This document shows positions 13,279-27,055 of a stretch of DNA of 64,000 nt, one piece after another; positions within the stretch are counted from its first letter, which is position 1, and every line of letters starts with the position of its first letter. A program made the position numbers and the translations under genes. The notes under the pieces were generated by a model that did not search any database, was not told the DNA's origin, and saw only the letters and a list, made by a program, of their open reading frames with translations. This DNA comes from Antedon mediterranea (Eukaryota; Animalia; Echinodermata), in NCBI RefSeq assembly GCF_964355755.1, contig NC_092673.1:35213648-35277647 (forward strand), written 5' to 3'.

Positions 13279-14238
13279 TTAACAAAACAAAACTTTGTTT
13301 ATACTTCAGTTTCAATATTCAATAATAAACACTTTTTAAAACAAATTTGGTTGAAAACTATTCTTTTTTTTAAACAAGTAAACAATATCCATTACAGTAA
13401 TTCTAAAGTACACTAGGCAAAGTGTTGCAATGAGAGTATTTTACAAAATGTTCTTCTGATTCTATTAATTTCATTTCATATTTGGTAAAAATTGTATTTT
13501 TCATAGACTGTCATTTGCTTACAGTAGTTGTGTTGTTGAAATTGTGAATTAGACATTTTTTTATTTTAGTTTTTCTAAGTTTAAATGTCTGATACATAAG
13601 TTGGTTAGATAATTTTAAATAATTTAAAATTATTTTATTATTATGTTTAAATATGATTCTAATTGTTATATAGTTCTTATTTATATATGTATATTTTCAT
13701 CCTGTAATTGGTGTTTACACTGTTGGATGTACAATTAAATTTAAAAAAATAAATAAATAAATAAAATGAACTATAATAGTCAAGTATATTAATATATTTA
13801 CAGATGTACAGATACAGATCTACATAGTAATAAAAGTAGGCATTTTATGATTTTACAATAATAAAGTTTAAGTGGGAGATTGACACCAGAATAAAATGAT
13901 GGCAATGAAGTTTGCAATATTTATTGTATTAAATACTATTCATCTAGTGAGTACATTACACGTTACTATTTTTTCTCTTATAACGTGCAGGAATTATTAA
14001 GTGTGAATTCAATAGTAATGATATTGAATTATTGTTGTAAAGTAATGAATAATTCAGAAATAAAAACTATTACGTGAAATAAATGCAAAAAGGCAAAAAT
14101 GAATACATAATATTACAGAATATTCAAAATCATTATTTTATCCATCAATAGATGATTTCAAAAATATTAGATAATTCTGAGGTTCTCAGAAGTGTAGATG
14201 ATTTTCTGCTTCGTGTATAATGTCTATTAATCACATTT

Positions 14239-14430
14239 ATAGCTGGCGTAATGACACTATAGAACTAGGATAGATTTAGTTAGTGATAATAGCTGGCGTA
14301 ATGACACTATAGGACTAGGATAGATTTAGTTAGTGATAATAGCTGGCGTAATGACACTATAGGACTAGGATAGATTTAGTTAGTGATAATAGCTGGCGTA
14401 ATGACACTATAGGACTAGGATAGATTTAGT
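14239..14430. repeat. 50-bp tandem repeat, about 4 copies
   Basis: agctggcgta recurs at 14241, 14291, 14341 and 14391. Confidence 0.95.
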
Positions 14431-14809
14431 AGTATACTGTAGGTACAGAATCCTTGAAATGTGAAATTTAGTAGAGTAAAGCCTATGTTCAAACAGGATA
14501 AATAAAAGCTCAGTTGTTTAGGCTAAAAAAGTCCTGAAACTTAACTGTGATTGGTGAATATGGCAACCAGAGAGTATTTATGAGAAATGAATCTGCATGT
14601 CAGTTTTAGAATAGGTAGAAGATTTAAGGACGAGGTAAAGAAATCTTATAATATGGGTAGGCTTTAGTCAAGTCATTCTAATCATTGTTGTCATTGGTAT
14701 ATTGCCTACTGAAGTCTACTTAAATAAGAACTGTTCAACAAACAAGTGAAGCTGACAAAATTGAATAGCCAGCCATTCTGCTAAAAAGAAAGAGATAGAA
14801 AGAAGTCTG

Positions 14810-15970
14810 CATGGAATATGCAAATTATTGGACAGTGGTTTCATCTGCAAAGAAACAAATAGAAAGAATCTGGAGAAGTTAGCAGAAAGTGAAATGGAAC
14901 ATGCAAGTTATTGGACAGTGGTTTCATCTGCAAAGAAACAAATAGAAAGAATCTGGAGAAGTTAGCAGAAAGTGAAATGGAACATGCAAGTTATTGGACA
15001 GTGGTTTCATCTGCAAAGAAACAAATAGAAAGAATCTGGAGAAGTTAGCAGAAAGTGAAATGGAACATGCAAGTTATTGGACAGTGGTTTCATCTGCAAA
15101 GAAACAAATAGAAAGAATCTGGAGAAGTTAGCAGAAAGTGAAATGGAACATGCAAATTATTGGACAGTGGTTTCATCTGCAAAGAAACAAATAGAAAGAT
15201 ACTGGAGAAGTTAGCAGAAAGTGAAATGGAACATGCAAGTTATTGGACAGTGGTTTCATCTGCAAAGAAACAAATAGAAAGAATCTGGAGAAGTTAGCAG
15301 AAAGTGAAATGGACCATGCAAATTATTGGACAGTGGGTTCATCTGGTGCAAAGAAATAGAAAGAAAGAATCTGGAGAAGTTAGCAGAAAGTGAAATGGAA
15401 CATGCAAATTATTGGACAGTGGGTTAATCTGCAAAGAAACAGATAGAAAGAATCTGGAGAAGTTAGTAGAAAGTGAAATGGAACATGCACATTATTGGAC
15501 AGTGGGTTCATCTGCAAAGAAACAGATAGAAAGAATCTGGAGAAGTTAGCAGAAAAGTGAAATGGAACATGCAAATTATTGGACAGTGGGTTCATCTGCA
15601 TAGAAACAGATAGAAAGAATCTGGAAAGAATCTGGAAAGAATCTGGAGAAGTTAGCACGAAGTGAAATGGAACATGGAAGTTATTGGACAGTGGGTTCAT
15701 CTGCTAAGAAACAGATAGAAAGAATCTGGAGAAGTTAGCAGAAAGTGAAATGGAACATGCAAGTTATTGGACAGTGGGTTCATCTGCTAAGAAACTGACA
15801 GAAAGAATATGGAGAATATAGCAGAAAGTGAAATGGAAGAACATGCAAGTTATTGGGCAGTGGGTTCATCTGCAAAGAAACAGAAAGAAAGAATCTGGAG
15901 AAGTTAGCAGAAAGTGAAATGGAACATGCAAGTTATTGGACAGTGGGTTCATCTGAAAAGAATCTGGAAA
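14810..15970. repeat. 83-bp minisatellite, about 14 copies
   Basis: tggaacatgcaagttattggacagtggtttcatctgcaaagaaac... with period 83. Confidence 0.95.
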
Positions 15971-17231
15971 AGCCTGCATTACTAAAAAAAAGAAGTTTAG
16001 TAGCACAATGGCACATAGACAGGTATAGATATTTTTTCTTACTGGTACCATTCTACATTGAGAAAATTGCAATTTCTAGCAGTTAGCAATATAACCCCTG
16101 TTCTTGTGTGTTTTTAACCATATAAACAAAATATTATTTAGCCAGATTACAACTGACAGCCTATTCAAATGAATTTCCATCTACTTATGAATGAATGCAA
16201 ACATTTATAATAAAACTATTTTATTGCGCCCTCTGGGGATTTAGTAGAGCATACCAAGCAATCCCCCCGAGTAAAGTGAATCAACATTTACTTTTTAGAT
16301 AAATGTTACAAATGAATTTCAACATAGAAAATGCACATACTATTACCGAATATTATTTCTTATGTTCAATAACAATTTATAATAGGCAATTTAGAATGCT
16401 GCCGTTGTGTGAATGACTCAGACACAAATAATGTCTATCCGTTATTCCTAGCGGAATGTCATTTTCTTTCTTGGTAATAGCATGTCAATTTCCCTATCAA
16501 AAGAATGACTCAACATATTATAGTTTGGATAATTCCTAGGGAACTGCACAAATTTATAATACTTGGTATGCAGTTTTCATAATATAATATATTACAATAA
16601 AATTGTACAAAAGATATTGTTTGTAATTGCGTGTGTGTCCAGTCAACCGGTTTGGAAGGATAACACAACTCAATGATAATGATATTTTGACTAATGTACA
16701 ATGATTATATTACAGAATTAGGTTAGGTTTGACAGTATCGGTTCAAACACTTAATAAATAAATAGAAATAAAAAGCTAAAATATACTACTGTAATTTTTT
16801 ATGATGGGTATCAATAGGGTATCAGACCAACAATGTCAAGATTATATAAATACGAATATAATATTCTTGAAGATTACTATTATTACATATTGTTTGTCCA
16901 AGATTAGATAGACAATGACATCAATGATGTTTTGATGTTTTACAGTAAATGAAAATGATGTTTTATTCATGATCAGTAATAAGGAAAAAAAGATACCACA
17001 ATTTCATTGTTCTTATTGATCATGACGCCAATTTATTGGATTTGAGAAAATATTATTTTTATCAAAGTTAAATGGTTAACTATAGTTCTATTAAATGGTT
17101 AACTATAGTTCTATAATGAAAACTTTCCTAAATGAATCTGTTTATTTGTAGGAAAAATGTATCTATCATTTTAAAATTTTAAAACTAACCAGGCTAGCAG
17201 ATAAAGTCATTCATTTGTTTGCATTTATTAC

Positions 17232-17358
17232 CTGTTGCAGCACATTTCTCTTGTGAGTTAGATTTCGGCAACGACATTCGCTGTTCATCCATACGGTTGC
17301 CTTGGAAACGACTCAACAAGTCAAAGAAGCTGTCATCAAAATCTGGAGATGAGTATTT
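17232..17358 (-). CDS. GPSM2: GPSM1/2 exon: GoLoco 1
   Basis: tag|KYSSPDFDDSFFDLLSRFQGNRMDEQRMSLPKSNSQEKCAAT G|gtaata. Confidence 0.95.
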
Positions 17359-18375
17359 CTAAAAAAAACAAACCCAAAATAATTTAAATATTCAATTAAA
17401 TTGATAATTGACAACAACAATTCTCCAGCAGGCAAGGTTTTATTTCATTAAATGTTGGCTGGTAAATGGCATGTATAGATAGTAAATTAACACGTAAATA
17501 GATTACCAAGGCAAAATTTTGCTATGGGAGAATGCATCATGGGAAGTCTTGCACAAGTCCTTATGGGATAAGATTGTTCTTGTACATTTTACTCGTATGC
17601 TATAAATAGAACAACCTGCAGGTACCAAGAATCATGTTCAATTGTACAGTACTACTAGCCAGTGTAGTACTGATTCTATGTAGTTAGTAAATAATTATAC
17701 CTAGGCCACACTAGGGAATTAAATTTACTAACACAACATAAAACATGATGTTTATAGTTATAATTCTTTACTCTTTTTTCAATCAAAGGGCATCTCTCGA
17801 ATGACAAGATTAACGCATAAATTTCGTCTTCTTGAAATTGATTAATAGACCGTAAAAATACACAAAAAACAATTAGCTAGCAGTTTGTGTCTTGTAAACA
17901 AGTATTGAATTGTAAATTTAATTAAATATTTACAAAGTTTTTCTAGCTCAAAGTTTCATATTATAAGGGTATATGTCGCTATATTTAGCATTTAACATCA
18001 ATATCATGAATTATTCATAAAAGACAGTGTACGCTTTACTAAGCAAAATGATGTGAGATTTTAATGGCAAGAATGTAACTCAATCATAATTCTATTAGTA
18101 GATAGAAGATGTTAAACAATAAATGAATAAAAATATTTTTTCTTTAATAAATAATCTAAATAGAAATGAAAGCTATTACTAAACCTAACCTCAAAATAAT
18201 CGGAAACAAAAATAATGTTTAGGCAGCTTTAAACGCATTTCCAAACACCCACACCGATACTGCATTCTAACATGCGCACACACCAAATTTTCGAACTTGT
18301 AACTTTCAAACGTAACATTTATGACAGTCACGTAGTAGACAAGAACAGTTGTTAGCAAACAATTGAACGAATTAA

Positions 18376-18819
18376 AGGGTAGCTTCAAATTTAAAATTGT
18401 TATTGCTTTTTAAAATAAAATATTATAAACCTATAATAATATAATAACCCCTTAAATGTTCAAACAGGTGAAGCACAACAGGTGTCATGGAATAAGCCCT
18501 TTTAAACAAATTTGGTGCTATACCGGACTTCTTATAAGACAGAAAATTCACCAAAATTGACTTAAATTTTTTGAAAATTTCTGAAGGAAAAAAGAATAAA
18601 AAGGTATAAATTTTAATACCATTTTGTTACAATTTGGTGGACATATTTGTATTAACATATCCTAACTTGTAACATTATAAAACAGTGCACTATAGCACAA
18701 ATTTTTTTTAAAGGGCTTATTTAAAGATGGCTATTAAAAAATAATTGAAGTTATCATCAATGTTGTTGAATACAGTAGTTTATAATAAAGAATATAAATG
18801 TTAAACCCGGAGCTATCCT
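18376..18819. mobile_element. Kolobok-like non-autonomous DNA transposon
   Basis: TTAA-AGGGTAGCT ... AGCTATCCT-TTAA (TTAA TSD, AG..CT ends). Confidence 0.65.
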
Positions 18820-20700
18820 TTAAGATTATGCTAGGTAAAACTGGGGGGAGGGGGTCAGTTACCCTACATTTTCAATTGTGTATGGCCTAAAATAATACTA
18901 GGATTTCCAACTTTAATTCAATCTACTTTCCAACATCAATATGAAGACGCATTTCAGGATCATTTAAAGATCATTCCACCCACTCAGCTTTTTTAATGCA
19001 GGTGTGGTAATACAAATGAATATTAATTGAAAAAATAAAATATTAAAGTCAACAAATAGAATTCAGGAATTAGCCTTTTTCCTTTCCATATTGATATTTC
19101 TACTGCAAGATCAGAGGGTGGAAGATGACACAATCACCAATGGCAACCATGCACATATTGATTCAAATTTTGCCAATCAATTTCTCTCTTTACGTCAACC
19201 TATAGTTTTTATATTATTCTTAACTAAAACATAATTATTCAAATGAATGTTAAGTTGAATGAGTTTTGAAGGGACTAGCCTATTTACAATATATTTTCTT
19301 ACCAGTTTCAAACTTTTTCAACTGTAACTTATTATCATACCTAAGTGGTTTAGATTGCATTTTAAGTGAATGTAAATCAGCATAGCTTTAATTGGTGAAA
19401 AAACTACACAGAGATGAAATGAATACATCTATTGTTATCAAAACATCTCAAGGGAGGTTAATATACCACGCATTTTATAATCAAATAAAACAAATCCAAT
19501 GTGCTACTTGAAAATCAATTTTAATTAAAGGTTATTTTATTGCCAAGAAATTAGAATAGATCAATTAAACTATTATACAGTTTTTCACTTATTTGCTTTA
19601 TGAATTGTTAAAATCAATAGTTTTTCCATAAAACTATTTTTATATAAAACATCATCATCATCCTCATTACATTCTCTTATCACAAATTCATAATCAAATT
19701 CCTCATGATCATTATCTTTCTATTAAGTTATCATTAATTTTTATACAAATAATTAATGTTTAATAGTGCGATGGTACAAATAATTTCATGAGGTGAAAGA
19801 TGAAAGGTTATACAGTATTACCATCAGAGATGTTCACTGTTGGCCTTCATTTTTTTTTCCCTACGCGAGAAGATTTTTTTCATACACGAACAAATTGAAA
19901 TAAAGTACTATTTATTACACGATAGTTTAATAGTACAGTATATTGAACAACATGTGACCCACAATCGTCCAATCAAATGACAGGAATTTATTAAGGTGTT
20001 ATATAATATCATTTAATTTAGTCATCAATAAAGATGCTTTAACATTTTAAATCCCTGTAGAGCTTAAAAACAGTGTCAACATTATAATTGCCAAACTAAT
20101 TGCTGTTACTATTAACAGATTTAAATCATTAAGTCCCTGAAGCTTACACATTTTTTTTGTTGCTTTTACAGATAATCATCGTATAAATCCCAGGATACAT
20201 TGCTGCATATTTTCCTGTTTACCGGACTCAATCAACCTGCGGATTATTTTACAAATGAAAGGTGTAATCTTTGCGTACAATTTGTTTTAATCTATTCTGT
20301 TTTATTAACAAATTAACTACGGAACACTCCGTGAGCGTTGTGTTGAGATAACGTGGCATTTTATGTTGCAATTAGTCAGATACCTGGTAAGCTATGTCGA
20401 AGGTCACGCCATCAAATCAATGTGTTTAATTTATGTTTGATTATTACTGTATGGCTGATCAAACAGTATTGATGATTGCAAGTCACTAAGAAACATTAGT
20501 ATAGAGCTTAATTAACCAATTAAATTCTAATTTATTTAATACTAGTATACCATGAAGAACATTTATTATTATTCACAATACAGTATTTGAACAGGGTGGT
20601 AAAAAGGTGTTATTATACAGTACTGTGCTGGTAATTGGATCTTTTTGGAGCGTGGTTATGGTGCTAAAAACATATTTTAAAAAATAGTGTACTTTGAAAG

Positions 20701-20869
20701 CAGGACTCGCAGAATCAGGATATTGTTGCTTTGAGGACAATCAGTGTCCGAGATGTGCTTGCCCTCTAAATTTCTTGGTTGCCGAATTCTTTTTTGAATT
20801 TTACTTGGTTGCCCATCAGGATCGACCGCTTTGACTTTTAGTTGCCCTTCATAAATTCTGCAAGCCCAG
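20701..20869. mobile_element. Degenerate hAT-like MITE
   Basis: Imperfect TIRs caggactcgcagaat / attctgcaagcccag and internal ttggttgcc repeats; no clear TSD. Confidence 0.4.
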
Positions 20870-21750
20870 TATAGTACAAATGTTATGAGTGCAATGTACT
20901 ATAGAATATTTTAATTTATTGAAAGATAAACATGTCTATTTAATGAGGCGGAACCAAATTAAATAAATAGACCAGTCCATCTTTCAACAAATGAAAATAT
21001 ATACATTCTGAATACAAACAATTTATTATTTGTCGATCGGAATATGGTGGTCGGAATTTGGTCGGGGAGTAGACTTTTTATAGATAGCACACACTACACT
21101 ATCATCAGATTCGCAAAAACATGAACGTGCAAAGTATAACCACCTAATTGTGACGACGGATCAAATTACTAATGCATGGTACATATTTATCAACCAATAA
21201 AATGAAAAGGGTAGGTGTGTTATAAAAAAAAATGCACACAGATTCCTTTCCATTGTGAAAAGAAATCAGATGCAAACAGTTTGCTGGATGCAAGACTGTT
21301 TATTATTAAGATTGTCAATGTCGAGATTTCAATTGGAATATCCATTAATTTCTCACAGATGTATACAACACTACATCTAATTACGATCTGGTTTTTTGAA
21401 TTTCATTTTTCACCCGTAATTCACATTAAATCTTACTATACCCAATTGAAGTTTTCCCCAGAGTAATGCAATAAAGAGAGTTTGGCCAATTTGCATCATG
21501 CGGCATGTTGACACAAACAGAACCAGCCAACCGCTATTTGCTATCAATAGCGGTGTACATCGTCAGAACAATTTTACTGATTATTCGGTTTGTTAGAATA
21601 TTTTTATCATCCTTTTTTCGTGTTTAAAAAGAATTTATACAAAGAAACATAACATAACATCTTGATGTTTGTCACGTATAGAATAGTATTATAAAAGCAA
21701 TGCTGTCTACAAAAATCTGGTACTGTGTGAGTAAAGATTTGAACTTAGAT

Positions 21751-22138
21751 GATTACACTGAAGAAGGAGAGCGGACATTATACAAGTGTTTAAAATTATC
21801 AAGGGCTTGGATGATATTGAAGCCGAAACCTTTTTTGACTTTAGAGAGGACAGTAGAACAAGGGGCCATCAATTCAAATTAAGAAAGCCAAGAGCCCGAC
21901 TGAAAATCAGAAGCCACTTCTTTTCATGTAGAATCGTCAACACATGGAACAATCTATACCACACTACAGTACAAGCAGAAAACATAAATGCATTCAAGAA
22001 TCAACTAAACAAAGACAGAGCAATGGGAGATAAATTTTGCTACCAATTCTAGATTAATACAGAAGAAATGGAGGGCGTTTAAAAGGCATTTTGCCTTAAT
22101 CAAGAGCCCGAAGATTCAAGTAAGATTCAAGTAAGATT
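21751..22138 (+). mobile_element. 5'-truncated CR1-type LINE (C-terminal end of ORF2, 3' UTR, tandem tail)
   Basis: RRRRADIIQVFKIIKGLDD...SRTRGHQFKL...R.HFFS.RIVNTWNNL, the typical CR1 ORF2 end; tail of aagattcaagt repeats. Confidence 0.85.
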
Positions 22139-22519
22139 GATAAAGAGGCATGGTTATGACCATTATACCCTTTTATACCAAAACTCTGCAGTGATCTCTG
22201 GAGACAATCTGGAGTTTGTGATCATTCAAAACATTGAGAAACACTGGAGAGACCACATTCGCACCAAACTAGGAACACCGAGTTTTTCTTTTGGTGCAAA
22301 ACGTTGGTAACACACATTTGAGTACATTAAATGTGCATGTTCTGTGTGGGAACCCTTATTGTTTTTCGTTTACAAAGCTTGGTTAGGTGTTTTGAGTTGC
22401 GTTTTTAATGTGAATGTCTTGGAAAACAGGCAATAATCGTGGCGCTTAATTTATATACCCTAACTAAAATTGGCCTCAGCCTATAATGACTGCCACATAA
22501 AAATAAATGATATACTTAC

Positions 22520-22693
22520 CCTAGGCGGTTTAAGGTTGACAGTCACTTGACCTGGGTCTGTCGAGCCGTTAGCGCTGATACTGTTATTAGACCCAGAATG
22601 CACTATCTTTTCCTTGCTACTCCTCTTCTTCAAAAATGCGCCTTTTGGCTTTTTGTTTACCTTTTCCTGGCTAGGTTTTTCTGCTGAATTCTG
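22520..22693 (-). CDS. GPSM2: GPSM1/2 linker exon (NAGNAG acceptor; alternative start 22690)
   Basis: 174-nt open phase 0-0 exon QNSAEKPSQEKVNKKPKGAFLKKRSSKEK...VNLKPPR with donor AGG|gtaagt; bridges the flanking phase-0 exons. Confidence 0.8.
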
Positions 22694-23444
22694 CTAACAT
22701 AAAATAAATATTTATAGTTTTAAAGCACAATTTAGTTTAGATCGCCCTAAAATGATGAGTGGCTCTATTTACAATTCAAACTTTAGGCTAAAAACACCTT
22801 TAAAATTTAAGAACCACAACAACAGATGATAATTGAAGATTGAAAGTACGCCCTTTTATGCACCTTATTTTTACTCATATTGAAAAGTCTATCACCCAGT
22901 GTACAAAATAAAATTAGTATTTTATCATGTTTTTTTTGGTAGCCAATCTGACTGAAGTCGCCTTATATAACTTTTGAAACCAATTTTTAGCCACAGTTTT
23001 ACTACTACTGGGACACCAGGGGAAAACTGCAGCAAACCCCAATTAAGGGCTCCAACTGTATAGTAAAATATGCATTTGAGATTTTAAAATGTTTTTGAAT
23101 ATTGTTTTTTATTTAGCGAGTTACTGTAAATTTGTCGACAGATATGATTCAAGATGTTTAAAATACTTTTACATTTTTCGTCATCAGTGATAATGCCTTC
23201 TAATGCTAGGCTATCCATCATTTCAGAGCGAATACCTTCAGCTTAACTATAAAATATCTACTTGCAATATTGTTTCTTGAACTACGTTCTCATTGTAAAA
23301 AAAACATTAATAAAGGAATGAGTAAACAATATGTCAGTCAGCAGCAATAATTTCAGTTGTTTATGGAATGTAGTATCTGTTTTGCCTATTCCCCTTTTTT
23401 TGTATGTGGTTATTGTATGGCTCACTCACTCATTCCATGATTCT

Positions 23445-23457
23445 GGTGGTAGAACAA

Positions 23458-23491
<34 letters not shown>

Positions 23492-23640
23492 AGTGTACAC
23501 ATAGCTCATGTGCACTTCAAAGAACCTAGTACATCTTTCGAGACGAGTAGGGGGTTACCCAAGTTTATTAGTACATCACAGCCACTGATCATAACTAGGC
23601 CCTCTGGGAGACCAGATCGCCCAGTTTAAATAAATAAAAC
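23445..23640 (+). mobile_element. SINE fragment with a Deu/Nin-like central domain
   Basis: ctcagataaggactataaaccgtaggtcc...aaagaacc...ttcgagacgagtagggg resembles the DeuSINE/AmnSINE conserved domain (recognition from memory); ends in an aaataaataaa tail. Confidence 0.55.
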
Positions 23641-25694
23641 ATTTTAATTCAATTGCTATACAGCCTTACAACTTTGAAACACTGGTTGTGGGGCCCCACT
23701 GCTGACTATTATTACAGCAGCCCCTACATTGAGTATCCTCAGACGTATTGGTATGCCTCTGCTCTGGTTAAAGTGAGAAGCCTTTGAGAGAAACCCTTGA
23801 TCAATGACAGGACCAACTAAGGTGCTTTAAACAGTCTAGCTCAGCTTAGTTTCATCAGATGAATGCAAGCCTAATTTGACATTGTCGTTGTACAATGTAT
23901 TGTTATTATAATTTTGTCGAATAAATAATTATTTTATATCCCTTAGGAACTTTAAGAACTGGCAAAAACTAACTATTATTTTTAAATAAAAATAGATTGG
24001 GTATGGTATGGCTTCTCAAACACAACAAGCTATGTTTGGAAGGTAATAACACCTTTGGATGACCAAACACAAACTTTCTTTGAAAGGAAAATCTACCTAT
24101 GTTAATGTAAAGGAGATTGGGCTTTTTTTGGTGTTTCTCAGCAAGAAAATAACTTTCTTTGAAATACAATTTTAAAAGTGAATTCTCTTGATGAATAGAA
24201 ATGAGTTTTTCAAGAGTTTCAAGCCTAAAAATGAAACTTTACACACACTAAGCAAATCATCTTTAGTACAGTAGCTTATTACAAACTATATTTCATCGGG
24301 GAAATTTACAGACAACTGACATCGATGTCACACATTCTGAAAGAAAATCTCTTGATGTACAAGATTTTTACATTATGGTATTTCAAATTGATAATAAATT
24401 ACAAGATTTTGACTTTATTTAACGATGGATGAGAAACAATCTAGTAGATAGTATAAACAGTAAGACAGATACTAGTAAATTAATGTTGCTCAATTTGATT
24501 TCTACATAGCTGGGGCGAAAGATGAGGAAATAACGTTGGCTGTGTTAGTGCGAGAGGGCCTTTAGGGTGAATTAGAAATAGTCATGGTGATTGGCTCTGG
24601 AAATTACCTTATACTACGAAGTGGTTCATATTAGAATTCTATATGCAAATTATTCATCGTCTTTAGTAGTGCTACTGTAACTTGAGCTCAAATTGTTAAT
24701 ACAAAATAATGAATGTTGGACGGGGAGAATATTTTTAGGGTCAGTTTTTCTCCATGGCACCGAATAAACTGTTTATTGCAAAATATTTAGAATATTATTT
24801 TTATGTCAACTTCATTTCTACTGAATTTGTGCTCCTAAGTAATCATTTAAATCAGTACGGATATATTGTTAGCATTTAATACCAAAAATGCAATGAGTCC
24901 TGGCGGTCAATTCAAACATTACTACAGTGTACAGTAGTTGACTCAAGACCAGCGGCTGCGAATCAAATAACCATTATTAAGATTATCAAATCCAAAATAA
25001 TGTATTAAATAAATTATGTGATACAGTAATTAAATAACTGTGACGACAGTAATGTTCTATAAGAAATTTAAATCTCAATACCAATCTTGAACTTTGTCTT
25101 TGTCTTTAACAGGTGTATAGTATATTTGAAAACAATATAATTACAAAACTATATTTTATAAAACTTTCTAAAACAGAATTTAAAAATAATAATGAAAGTT
25201 TCAATATTCTAAAAAGAAATTGATTTTTACAACATACTCATGTATATGGTTGTCGTATAGGCTAAATTCTGACATTTAAATACCAACTTGTTATTTTAAT
25301 ATGAATAATTGATTACATATAAGCACAACAGATGTGAGATTTCCAAACACTTAAATGTGTAATGTAAATGCTGTTATTCAATTGAAAGTTTTAATACCAA
25401 TTTCTACGACATACTGAAATGTTAATTGTCAAGTCAATTTGCACATTTAACTAGACGATAGATATTAATAGATGGAATTCAAATGCTAGTTAATGTAAAT
25501 GCCGTTACCTAAACCTCTACAAGAGGAATAGTAAGTTGTTGGTTGATGAATAATACATTCCATAAATAAAATGTTTAAAAAAAAGTGTATCACCGAAAAG
25601 GTATGTAAGGTCACATTTTACTTTGTACTGTAGCAGACAGTAATTATCAAACAGGTTTATTATATTTAAAATCAATAATGATTTACAATATAAT

Positions 25695-26110
25695 TAGTGA
25701 CAACATTATATTGGTATGGTGACAATACTGATGAAGATGAAAATCAGTGATAATATTATATCAATGGTGACAATATTATATCAATGGTATTAACAATACT
25801 GATGAAGATGAAATCAGTGATAATATTATATCAATGGTGACAATATTATATCAATGGTATTAACAATACTGATGAAGATGAAATCAGTGATAATATTATA
25901 CTGTATCAATGGTGACAATATTATATCAATGGTGACAATATTATATCAATGTTGACAATATTATATCAATGGTGACAATATTATATCAATGGTGACAATA
26001 TTATATCAATGGTGACAATACTGATGAAGATGAAAATTTCTAAATTTCTAAAATGAGAATCATTGATAATAATACTGATAATACTGATGAAGATGACAAT
26101 CAGTGACAAT
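25695..26110. repeat. Nested ~20-bp and longer tandem repeat
   Basis: gtgacaatattatatcaatg units interleaved with actgatgaagatgaaatca units. Confidence 0.85.
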
Positions 26111-26805
26111 CATTCTAAAGATAATAAATACTGATGGAAATGTCACAGTATCCTGATCTAAATCATGTGTGTATTGTCAACAATGACAATAATAAAAAAG
26201 ATAAAATAGATGATGGTTATTGTATTCCTGACTTTGGAAAATTAGCCGTTACTGCAGGATTATATTTTAATTATCGTATGCATTAAATATCTTTGTGTGA
26301 TGATAATAACGCACAAATCAATCTATACTTTGATCGTTTCCTTTTTGCCAAAATCAATATTTAGTTAATCTTGAGAAATTAATTCAAATTCTCTTTATAT
26401 TGCTCACCTTGCTATTAGCATTCTACCAGGAAATCAAACTCCAAGTGCCTTACCATTTTTAATAACTAATAAAAAATAGACATCAGGTCTTGTGTATATT
26501 TTTAATAGAGCAACTTTTTCACACAAAAACAATTAAAAAAAGTTATTGATAGCAACTAAACAGGCCTTTAGCAATTAGTATTGCTTAAGAGAAAACATAT
26601 TTAAATATTAATTTTTGTATTTTAATTTTGATTGAATTAAAAACAGGTCTTTAATTGGGAGTATTCTAATAAAGGAATGGGTATTATATAAAATTTCTTT
26701 TTGAACAACCAAAAATAGTATAAGCGAACTTACAGTATAGGTTTCGAAACATACTGTAAGTTCGCTTATAATAAAGGAATGGTCTTTAATTGGGAGTAAA
26801 TTTAA

Positions 26806-27055
26806 TATAGATTGGGAGGTACATTAATTTAGATTGGGAGTACATTTAATCTAGATTGGGAGTACATTTAATCTAGATTGGGAGTACATTTAATCTAGAT
26901 TGGGAGTACATTTAATCTAGATTGGGAGTACATTTAATCTAGATTGGGAGTACATTCATTTTAGATTGAGAGTACATTTAGTTTAGATTGGGAGTACATT
27001 TAGTTTAGATTGGGAGTACATTTAGTTTAGATTGAGAGTACATTTAATTTAGAGT
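26806..27055. repeat. 22-bp minisatellite, about 11 copies
   Basis: Unit tagattgggagtacatttaatc. Confidence 0.95.

Noticed and set aside
14239-14430. TGACACTATAG resembling the SP6 promoter (vector contamination)
   Set aside because: Only a partial match inside a genomic 50-bp repeat; no other vector sequence.
25725-25890. Repeated CTGATGA-agat-GAAA as minimal hammerheads
   Set aside because: No stem II, stem III or stem I complementarity, and no properly placed NUH site.
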